Shown: in pieces, positions 1-7,506 of the stretch
Layout: every line of letters starts with the position of its first letter
How positions within the stretch are numbered: position 1 is the first letter of the stretch
NCBI GenBank assembly: GCA_049472335.1
Contig: JBLIRO010000093.1
Coordinates: 1 to 17,334, forward strand
Direction of reading: 5' to 3'
DNA from: a bacterium
Lineage (GTDB): Bacteria > SZUA-182 > DTGQ01 > JAFGSM01
Length of the DNA stretch: 17,334 nucleotides
Notes under the pieces: generated by a model
Told to the model about the DNA's origin: nothing
The model's input: only the letters and a program-made list of their open reading frames with translations
The model's database searches: none
Program-made: the position numbers and the translations under genes

Positions 1-498
1 GATCTCCTGACTCCCCGGAAAACATATTGTTTATTGGGATCTTCAGGTGTTGGCAAAACAACATTATTAAACAATCTGATTGGCGATGCTATCTTTACAA
101 CAAAGACCGTCAGAAAAAAGGATAGTAAAGGCAGGCATGCCACAACGTATCGGCAACTGATAAAGTTAGATTGCGAAGCAATGCTGATAGACACTCCAGG
201 AATGAGAGAACTCGGTAATTTTTCTGTAGAAACAGGCATTGATGAGACATTTACAGAAATTGTAGAGCTATCAAAACAATGTCAATTTAATGATTGTACC
301 CATATTAATGAAAAAGGATGTGCCGTTTTAAGGGCAGTGGAAAATGGGCTTGTACCGGAAAAAAGATATCAAAATTACATAAAAATAAAAAAAGAATCAA
401 TTTATAATGAAATGTCATATTTAGAAAAAAGACAAAAAGATAAACAGTTTGGGAAATTATGTAAAACTGTAATGAAACACAAAAAAAATCGGCGATAG
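1..498 (+). CDS. rsgA: Ribosome small subunit-dependent GTPase A (RsgA/YjeQ family), 5' end truncated by the window edge
   Basis: The frame is open from base 1 (DLLTPRKTYCLLGSSGVGKT). It carries G1 GSSGVGKT, G2-like GRHATT, G3 DTPGMRE and the C-terminal Zn site CQFNDCTHINEKGC, followed by a basic tail. Confidence 0.95.
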   Translation, partial: DLLTPRKTYCLLGSSGVGKTTLLNNLIGDAIFTTKTVRKKDSKGRHATTYRQLIKLDCEAMLIDTPGMRELGNFSVETGIDETFTEIVELSKQCQFNDCTHINEKGCAVLRAVENGLVPEKRYQNYIKIKKESIYNEMSYLEKRQKDKQFGKLCKTVMKHKKNRR

Positions 499-522
499 CA
501 CCAAACCGGGCAAATCAATATT

Positions 523-1261
523 ATGAAAGAAAAGAAAAAGAATAAAGAAATGTTGGATGAGTATGATTCCATGAGGCGATCCATTGCGAAAATGAATGAA
601 GGAGGAAGGCTTGCCAGGGGCAATCTTACCAAGGCTGAGATCATGGTGGAGGAGGCAAAGATTCTCTATGAAAAGGGGAACGTTGATGCTGCTGAAGCAA
701 AGCTTGAATTGATTACTTTTTTTATTCAGAAATCAAGAGATTCGGTTTGCAGAAAAACCAAAGAATTATTTTGTTGTTGACATTCACAAAAAGAGAATTT
801 TCCTCAAGGCGCGAGGAATAGTGCTGAGAGAATGGGAGATCGAACAAGCACGGCTCATGGGTGATCCTGTTACTATTACTCCTGTTGTATTGATAAAAAA
901 GGCCTCATCCAAACCTCCGAAGAGGGTGGATATAAAACCCAATGTCATACAAAATGAGGGGGAGTTCCGGTTAGAAGCATTGGAGATCCAGGATATACCC
1001 ACAAGCTATGCCCTTGTTTTTGAAAAAGGTATATCAATACATGTCAGGCCATTTCTTAAGGGCCCTTCCTCAGTTTTCCCTCGTATCCTCTTTTTATTCA
1101 AATGGTATGCGATAAACCCTGTACAGGTTCTTTTTTCCTCTTGCAAGGGGAGTCCTTTTACTACAATTGAAATAGTCATGAAAGACCAGAGGGAGGCTCG
1201 GGCCCTTTTCTGGGTCTTTTCTGAAGGAACAGGGTGCATCCTAATCAGGCAACCGGTTTAA
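523..1261 (+). pseudogene. Probable single frameshifted gene (ORFs 523-780 and 821-1261): helical N-terminal region plus a degenerate YkuD/L,D-transpeptidase-like domain
   Basis: The frame of ORF 821 is open from 713 with no start codon and reads RNQEIRFAEKPKNYFVVDIHKKRIFLKARGIVLREWEI, which resembles the first strands of YkuD domains. Removing one T from the T7 run at 717-723 fuses both ORFs into 245 aa. No catalytic His...Cys motif is seen. The alternative is two separate hypothetical CDSs. Confidence 0.55.
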
Positions 1262-1304
1262 GTTTTGCGCCATTGCATCGATTCATATTTTTGATTACGT
1301 AATA

Positions 1305-1333
1305 TTGACTACTGAAAATGCAGAAGATATACT
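1305..1333 (+). promoter_or_regulatory. Sigma70-type promoter for the RCK_C-marC-ppa cluster
   Basis: TTGACT (1305-1310), N17, TATACT (1328-1333). SD AAAGGAG at 1374-1380 precedes ATG 1390. A perfect 10-bp palindrome ATTACGTAAT (1294-1303) lies just upstream of the -35. Confidence 0.7.
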
Positions 1334-1389
1334 GAGTCATAATTTCAACGATTCATAACGGATGGTAAAAATGAAAGGAGATATATACT

Positions 1390-2031
1390 ATGAGTTTATG
1401 GGAAAAGATTAAAAAAGATCTGGAAGAAGGAGTCTCCGCAGTTTCGGATAAGGCCGCAGGCTGGCTCAAGACGGGGACTGAGGCGGTTAAAGACGGAACA
1501 GAAAAGGTCTCGGAAAAAATTGTCTACGGTTCCAAGCTGGCAAAATTTAAATACGAGTACCGAAATATCCGTAAAACCATTGAAAAAGAGTTTACTGAGT
1601 TGGGTGGTAAGGTTTACCATATCCTTAGCGAAAATGCAGAGGCGAATCTGGAGGAAGAGATTAAGGATAATATGCAGAAATTGCGCTCCCTTGAAAAGGA
1701 ATTAAAAAACAAGGAGAAGGAAATGGAAGACCTGCCAAAGACCTTTGATACGGAATCCATTGACAATAAAAATGTCAATGCGCTGAAAAAGGACCTGGAG
1801 GCTGGTGGCGGGACAATTGAACAGATTATTATTGAGGATAAATCTCCATTTCTCGGTAAGAAGCTCAAGGAGATCAAATTGCCCGAAGATGCCTTGATTG
1901 GAACTATTATCCGCAATGAGGATGTCATTATTCCCGACGGTGACACGATTTTTCAAGTAGGTGATAAGGTGACTCTGCTAGGGAAGAGGGAGGATGTGGA
2001 GAAGACAATAGGGCAGATGACACCGGATTAA
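1390..2031 (+). CDS. Coiled-coil protein with C-terminal TrkA-C (RCK_C) domain
   Basis: The C-terminus IEQIIIEDKSPFLGKKLKEIKLPEDALIGTIIRNEDVIIPDGDTIFQVGDKVTLLG is a typical RCK_C. The N-terminal ~135 aa are charged and helical. Strong SD. Confidence 0.85.
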   Translation: MSLWEKIKKDLEEGVSAVSDKAAGWLKTGTEAVKDGTEKVSEKIVYGSKLAKFKYEYRNIRKTIEKEFTELGGKVYHILSENAEANLEEEIKDNMQKLRSLEKELKNKEKEMEDLPKTFDTESIDNKNVNALKKDLEAGGGTIEQIIIEDKSPFLGKKLKEIKLPEDALIGTIIRNEDVIIPDGDTIFQVGDKVTLLGKREDVEKTIGQMTPD

Positions 2032-2065
2032 GACAAAGATTGCATTTTATGGGCAGAAACTCATT

Positions 2066-2671
2066 GTGATCAGAAAAATCATGATAAATGCCTTATATCT
2101 GCTCGCATTGATAAATCCTGTAAGCAAGGTTTCCATCCTCTCTTTATTTTCTTCTAAAGAGGATGTCAAGGAAATCGTCCCCGTGGCTTTGAAATCAAGT
2201 CTGATTGCGCTGGGCATCCTCTTGCTGATTATGATATTCGGGGATTTTATCCTGAGGCAGATATTCCATGTCGAGCTTTATTCCTTGAATATTGCCGGAG
2301 GGATTGTATTGTTCTGGGTAGGATTCGGTGCTCTTACTAAAGGGGTATTTTTCGAACACGGGACAAAGATGCGTTTTTCGGATATTTCTATTGTACCGCT
2401 GGCAAGTCCAATGATTGCCGGGCCTGCAACGATAACGGCATCCCTGACATTGAGCATTCAGGACGGCCTATTTTTATCTTCGACTGCCATGTTGATAGCC
2501 ATTACAATTAATATGTTTCTCATGTTCCTTTCCCGTCCGATAGGAAATTTTCTCAAAAAATTCAACATATTGGGTGCGCTCATTCGAATTACAGGATTAA
2601 TAGTGATCACAATCGGAGTTCAGATGGTGTTTAACGGATTATCATCTTGGATAATCTTGTTTCTTAAATGA
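2066..2671 (+). CDS. MarC family integral membrane protein
   Basis: Motifs LINP, IAGGIVLF, SIVPLASPMIAGPATIT and RITGLIV...GVQM, with about six hydrophobic segments. The start may be GTG 2066 or ATG 2081. Confidence 0.92.
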   Translation: MIRKIMINALYLLALINPVSKVSILSLFSSKEDVKEIVPVALKSSLIALGILLLIMIFGDFILRQIFHVELYSLNIAGGIVLFWVGFGALTKGVFFEHGTKMRFSDISIVPLASPMIAGPATITASLTLSIQDGLFLSSTAMLIAITINMFLMFLSRPIGNFLKKFNILGALIRITGLIVITIGVQMVFNGLSSWIILFLK

Positions 2672-2756
2672 ACTTGATATAACTTGATTTTTTCCCCTTA
2701 AAAAAACTTGGATTATTTGATTCTGAAATCCATAAATCCCATAACAGGAGGTTTCT

Positions 2757-3290
2757 GTGAATCTATGGCATGAACTGGAGACCGGGCCCTCGGTGCCGCA
2801 AACTATTAATGTCATCGTTGAAGTGCCCAAGGGTTCCCGTAACAAATATGAATACGACAAGAGTTCAGGGGCAATCAGGCTTGACCGGGTGCTCTATTCA
2901 TCCCTGCACTACCCTGGGGACTATGGATTGATTCCCCAGACCTATTACGAGGACGGGGATCCTCTTGACGCTCTGGTGATAGTAGGAGAGCCGAGTTTTC
3001 CCGGGTGCGTTATTACAACTCGTCCCATCGGGCTTTTCAAGATGCTGGACAATGATCAGCCGGACGACAAGATACTTTGTGTGCCTGCTACTGATCCCAT
3101 CTACCGCGATGTTTACGACCTGCCCCACATTTCTCAGCATTTTCTGGAGGAGGTTGCCCATTTCTTCAGTGTATACAAGGATCTTGAAGGTGTCCGCGTG
3201 AAGGTTATAGGGTGGGAAAGGGCGGCAAAGGCGGCGGAAAGGATTACGCACGCTATGGAGCTTTACAAGGGTAAGACCTGGCCCAGGTAA
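2757..3290 (+). CDS. ppa: Inorganic pyrophosphatase (family I)
   Basis: Motifs EVPKGSRNKYEYD, LDRVLY, YPGDYG, DGDPLD, DDKIL and HFFSVYKDLE. SD AGGAGG lies before the GTG. Confidence 0.97.
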   Translation: MNLWHELETGPSVPQTINVIVEVPKGSRNKYEYDKSSGAIRLDRVLYSSLHYPGDYGLIPQTYYEDGDPLDALVIVGEPSFPGCVITTRPIGLFKMLDNDQPDDKILCVPATDPIYRDVYDLPHISQHFLEEVAHFFSVYKDLEGVRVKVIGWERAAKAAERITHAMELYKGKTWPR

Positions 3291-3351
3291 TCATTTTTTC
3301 ATGAAGAAACATAATAATAGAACCATGGAATATACCTTGTAATTTTTTCAT

Positions 3352-3534
3352 TTATTTTATTTCAGTGGAGGGTTCAATGGTGAATACACCGTGTGAATAA
3401 GTATGTTGATCCAAATCATTTGTTCTTTGAGCCTGTTGAAGCCATAAATTCCAATATTCGAATAGTTCTTCTTCATTAAGGTTTCGCAAGTCTAAATCTT
3501 CTTCACTTAAAAATTCATCTTTTATTTCGATCAT
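3352..3534 (-). CDS. Small acidic hypothetical protein (60 aa), partner of the upstream nucleotidyltransferase-like gene
   Basis: SD AGGAG (3541-3545, minus strand) precedes the ATG. The gene overlaps the upstream CDS by 20 nt. The sequence is E/D-rich (DEFLSEEDLDLRNLNEEELFEYWNLWLQQAQ). Confidence 0.75.
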   Translation of the reverse strand: MIEIKDEFLSEEDLDLRNLNEEELFEYWNLWLQQAQRTNDLDQHTYSHGVFTIEPSTEIK

Positions 3535-4351
3535 TATTATCTCCTGTAGGAGTAAACGGTAATATATCTATAGCCCTTTGAACAATCGTGTTGTGAGCCT
3601 GAAAGAGGTCCTTATCGGCAATTTCCTTATTTAAAGAAGGCCATAGAGTACTCCAGTTTTCTGCTGCATTCATATAGTGTGCTAAGCGTCTTTCATTGGC
3701 ATGTATCAGAGCACGTTTCTCAGCGTCTAACAATTCTTCAAGTTTCTCTCTCCCCTGAGTATATTCTTTTAACAATGGCCTTTGCTTACCCGCATCCTTT
3801 ATTAATTGAGGATATTTTTCAGCAAGGGATATAAGGTCCCTTGCACTTCTGGAATATAAGAGCTGTTCACGAGGATCTTCCATAAGTCGAGCAAGTTCTC
3901 CAATAATTACATAATCTTTTTCACGGTTTGTCTTTTTTATTTCAGCCAGGTCCTTTTTATTTACATAGGGTAATTCAGAGTACTTATCCTCTTCCCACAT
4001 TCTGTTAAGATTCAAAGGAGAAATTCGTGGGGGGCGACTTAAAAAGTCAGTGCGAATTCTCATTGTATTATATTGAAATTCGAAATGAGAACTCCACCCG
4101 CCTCTAAGCCAACGTATATCAAAAGGTGCTCCGAACCTATAGTGTGTGTTATAGTCAGATAATACTTCTAAAATATGCCTTATTGCTTCTTCATCTTCAC
4201 GTACAATCCAGTCGCCGTCTTTGCTCATTATTGCCAAACGGTGCAAAACAACCGCTTGCCCGGAACAGATAATAGCCCTTAATTTCCCCTGGTTAAACTC
4301 TTTCGTGAGTTTAACATAAATATTTATCGACTCATGAGGCCAACTAGTCAT
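3515..4351 (-). CDS. Hypothetical protein, putative Pol-beta/AbiEii-like nucleotidyltransferase fold
   Basis: 278-aa ORF. The N-terminal IICSGQAVVLH..MSKDGDWIV resembles the hhG-G-xA...[TS]xDxD signature, with a later strand acidic residue (IRTDFL) and a LAEIKKTNREKD helix similar to the K...R.KD motif of such proteins. Confidence 0.65.
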   Translation of the reverse strand: MTSWPHESINIYVKLTKEFNQGKLRAIICSGQAVVLHRLAIMSKDGDWIVREDEEAIRHILEVLSDYNTHYRFGAPFDIRWLRGGWSSHFEFQYNTMRIRTDFLSRPPRISPLNLNRMWEEDKYSELPYVNKKDLAEIKKTNREKDYVIIGELARLMEDPREQLLYSRSARDLISLAEKYPQLIKDAGKQRPLLKEYTQGREKLEELLDAEKRALIHANERRLAHYMNAAENWSTLWPSLNKEIADKDLFQAHNTIVQRAIDILPFTPTGDNNDRNKR

Positions 4352-4357
4352 ATATAA

Positions 4358-4386
4358 ATTTTATATAAAAAATAGATACATATCAA
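4358..4386 (-). promoter_or_regulatory. Sigma70-type promoter placing +1 at the ATG of the NTase-like gene (leaderless)
   Basis: On the minus strand: TTGATA (4386-4381), N17, TAAAAT (4363-4358), 6 nt, then ATG at 4351. No SD is present upstream of the ATG. Confidence 0.6.
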
Positions 4387-4674
4387 TATCTTTCCCTGTT
4401 TTATTATTTTTTAATTTTTTCATGAGGTTTTCGCAGCTTTTTTGGGATATGGATACCATAAAAGGAAGGCCCCAGGAATTATAATGATATTATTTCCATG
4501 GCAGCAAAGACTATGGCAAACCATTCACTTCCTTACACCTATCGAACAATCTGAAATTATGAAACCTAAAAAATGGTGGCCAAAGGAATAATGTAGTGAC
4601 TGAAAAAATGAAAGTGCCCTGAAAAATAAGACTATGTTTTCAAAAATGTGGAAGTTAGGTTAGATTTAAAAAGA

Positions 4675-5727
4675 TCAGGAAACATGGATATTTTCCTTGA
4701 TTTCTTCCAGCCCCTTGAAGCCAAAGCCCTTGATAATCACAAACCAGCCGGCGATGACCCATAGATAGGCTATAAAGAACCTCCAAAGTACCAACAGGAT
4801 TCCAATGAGGTGCTGGGGAACAAGATTATAAAACAGCAGATAGAATCCACCTTCGGCGAATCCGCTCCCTCCAGGAGTTGGGGTCAGATAAAGGAGAAAA
4901 TACAGAATGATCTGTATGGATAACACCTCTAAGAAATTGATATCATATCCTAATCCCTTGATCAAGACATATGCGATGGAATAATTGGCAAAAAGGGTAA
5001 GAATAGTGAAAAAAGCGGTGTAGATTATACTTGTCTTCTGGTGTTGAAACAGATACTTAAAAGAGGCTATAAATTTTTCAAGCCAATCAAGGATATGTCT
5101 GGCCCAATCCTGGGGATTCGTATGCTTGCGGAAAAGCCGATATCTTTGAAAAAAGCCGATGATCCTTTCCAAAAGGCTGCGGAGCTTATCCAGGTTGAAA
5201 AAGCCGTATATGATAATCCCGATAATGATCAGAAACAAAATGCTTACATAATCGAACAGGTGTTTCAAAAGGGATGTCTTGAGATATTCGCGATGGAAAA
5301 ACAGAATTACAGGACCACAGGTAGCAATGATAAGAATCAGTAAGATCCCCCTCACTATGGCAATGGTAGTTGCCTTTTCTGTATCCATCCCTGTTTTTTC
5401 TATCAGCATATAGATAAGGATAGGCTCTCCGCCCATGGCAGAAGGTGTGACATTTGCCAGAAAATTATACGCAAAAACGGTTTTCAAACCTTCCCAAAAA
5501 GGCAGATGATATCCAAATGCCCGGCAGAGTATCTTTATCCTGACCGAATCAAAAGAATTAAAAAGTAAACCCAGAATAAATGAAAGGAATATATATCGTA
5601 AATGGATTTGCTGAAGGGCCTCCCAGGTTTTTGGACCCACAGTGAAAAATAATATGGCGCCAAGGATGCTTATACTTATCAGAAAAGAGACGATAAATAA
5701 AAAACGGGTTGAATATTTTTTTGTCAT
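4675..5727 (-). CDS. Lysylphosphatidylglycerol synthase TM-domain / UPF0104 flippase-like membrane protein
   Basis: Motifs NVTPSAMGGEP, TPTPGGSGFAEGG and LWRFF, with multiple TM segments. ATG 5727 (MTKKYSTRF) is preferred over the ORF-track start at 5838. Confidence 0.9.
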   Translation of the reverse strand: MTKKYSTRFLFIVSFLISISILGAILFFTVGPKTWEALQQIHLRYIFLSFILGLLFNSFDSVRIKILCRAFGYHLPFWEGLKTVFAYNFLANVTPSAMGGEPILIYMLIEKTGMDTEKATTIAIVRGILLILIIATCGPVILFFHREYLKTSLLKHLFDYVSILFLIIIGIIIYGFFNLDKLRSLLERIIGFFQRYRLFRKHTNPQDWARHILDWLEKFIASFKYLFQHQKTSIIYTAFFTILTLFANYSIAYVLIKGLGYDINFLEVLSIQIILYFLLYLTPTPGGSGFAEGGFYLLFYNLVPQHLIGILLVLWRFFIAYLWVIAGWFVIIKGFGFKGLEEIKENIHVS

Positions 5728-5889
5728 CTGTTCAAAGACAATTCCGGAAAAATTTAATAAGGGTTCAGCAGGATGATATCCTGGAGATTTTTTATTTTCC
5801 CAATACGCTTGAATAACAGAGATATTTATTATATCCAAATTAAATTTTTTTTAAAACAGCATGGTTTTTTAAGCAGTTTTTAAACAGGT

Positions 5890-5918
5890 TTGTAAAGATT
5901 GTTTTTATCTATTATCAT
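5890..5918 (+). promoter_or_regulatory. Possible sigma70 promoter of malQ
   Basis: TTGTAA (5890-5895), N17, TATCAT (5913-5918). SD-like AGGA lies before ATG 5952. Confidence 0.45.
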
Positions 5919-5951
5919 TGGTCATTCATTATTAATAACAGGAATCGATTT

Positions 5952-7439
5952 ATGACTGAAAGAAAGTGCGGAGTTTTATTACATATTTCATCTCTACCTT
6001 CGACCCATGGAATAGGGGATCTGGGGCCGGAAGCATACAGGTTTGCCGATTTTCTGAACCAGACAAAACAGTCTATCTGGCAGATCCTTCCTTTAAATGA
6101 AACAGCATCAACGGGAGTAAATTCCCCTTATCACAGCATATCGGCATGCGCTGGCAATCCTTTTTTGATTAGCTTGGATAAACTGGCTGAAGACGGCCTT
6201 ATTTCAAAGAAGGATTTACAGTCCTTACCCGATTTTCCGGCTGGAAAGGTGGATTACCCCCTTGTAACTCCTTACAAGGAAAAGGTTTTGAATCTTGCTT
6301 ATTTGCGGTTTAAAAAAACAGACGAATATGACGAATTCTGTCAGGAAAATAAAGACTGGCTCGAGGATTTTGTTTTATTTAAAAGGCTTAAAGCCCGTTA
6401 TCCGGATAAGGTCTGGACTGAGTGGCCTGCAGATATAAGGGACAGAGAGAAAAATACCCTTGAAAAGCTAAGTAAAGAGCTTTCCCATGAGGTCGAAAAA
6501 GAAAAATTTCTTCAATATATCTTTTACCGGCAATGGTTTTCGTTAAAGGATTACTGTAATGAAAAGGGAATCCGTATCTTCGGAGATATGGCGATTTACG
6601 TGGAACATGACAGTGTTGAGGTATGGAAAAATCCGCATATATTTAAACTGGACAAGAAGAAAAATCCGGTCTGTATTTCAGGGGTCCCGCCGGATTATTT
6701 CAGCAAAACCGGTCAGCTTTGGGGACATCCGGTTTACGACTGGCGGATTCTCAAAAGGGAAAAATTCGCCTGGTGGATTAAGAGGATGGAGCAGAATTTA
6801 AAATTTTACGATCTGGTCCGCATCGATCACTTCCGGGGTTTGGTCGCCTACTGGCAGGTCAGGGCAGGGGAGTCAACGGCGATGAAAGGGAAATGGATCA
6901 AGGCCGCCCCGGTGGATCTGTTGAACGAGTTCAAGAAACGTTTCCCGAAACTGCCGGTTATCGCCGAAGATCTGGGGCTTATTACCCCTGATGTTACCGA
7001 TATTATGAACCGGTTTGGAATACCCGGCATGCGTGTGCTTCTTTTTGCCTTTGGTGAAGATAATCCCAATCATCCATATCTGCCTGAAAATTTTGTTCCA
7101 AACTGCATTGTTTATACAGGCACTCATGACACAAATACCGTCCGGGGCTGGTTTCAAAAAGAGGCCTCCGGGGAGGATAAACAACGCCTGTTTAAATATC
7201 TCGGGAAAAATACAACAGCGAAAGAGATCTCCTGGGAGTTCATAAGGCTTGCAATGAATTCTGTGACGGAGACTGTTATCATTCCAATGCAGGATATACT
7301 CGGCCTTGGCGCAGAAGCCCGCATGAACAGGCCGGCTTCATCAGAGGGAAATTGGTTATGGAGACTGCGTCCGGGACAGATAACAAATACAATTGCCGAT
7401 AAATTGCTGGAGATGACACAATCTTTCGAAAGGGGATGA
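5952..7439 (+). CDS. malQ: 4-alpha-glucanotransferase (amylomaltase, GH77)
   Basis: Motifs GVLLHISSLP, WQILPL, SPY, GVPPDYFSKTGQLWGHP, catalytic RIDHFRG / AEDLG / GTHD, and RMNRP...NWLWR. Confidence 0.97.
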   Translation: MTERKCGVLLHISSLPSTHGIGDLGPEAYRFADFLNQTKQSIWQILPLNETASTGVNSPYHSISACAGNPFLISLDKLAEDGLISKKDLQSLPDFPAGKVDYPLVTPYKEKVLNLAYLRFKKTDEYDEFCQENKDWLEDFVLFKRLKARYPDKVWTEWPADIRDREKNTLEKLSKELSHEVEKEKFLQYIFYRQWFSLKDYCNEKGIRIFGDMAIYVEHDSVEVWKNPHIFKLDKKKNPVCISGVPPDYFSKTGQLWGHPVYDWRILKREKFAWWIKRMEQNLKFYDLVRIDHFRGLVAYWQVRAGESTAMKGKWIKAAPVDLLNEFKKRFPKLPVIAEDLGLITPDVTDIMNRFGIPGMRVLLFAFGEDNPNHPYLPENFVPNCIVYTGTHDTNTVRGWFQKEASGEDKQRLFKYLGKNTTAKEISWEFIRLAMNSVTETVIIPMQDILGLGAEARMNRPASSEGNWLWRLRPGQITNTIADKLLEMTQSFERG

Positions 7440-7506
7440 TTAAGGGTTTTTATGATGAAAAGTTAAGAAAAAAGAAGTAAAGGTAATCTGGTGATGATTC
7501 CCGGCA

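Noticed and set aside
772..830. TGT-TGT-TGA at the end of ORF 523 as selenocysteine read-through
   Set aside because: No convincing SECIS-like hairpin follows, the read-through frame stops again soon after, and the +1 frameshift explains the region better.
2671..2715. Short AACTTGAT tandem upstream of ppa, and GTTTTT(A) repeats at 5864-5906
   Set aside because: Low-complexity, with irregular spacing or only two copies, and not distinguishable from AT-rich background.
5728..5838. ORF-track N-terminal extension of the UPF0104 protein (and TTG 14087 for the PKD gene)
   Set aside because: The extension is not family-like and lies in the divergent promoter region. For the PKD gene, the SD position supports ATG 14075.
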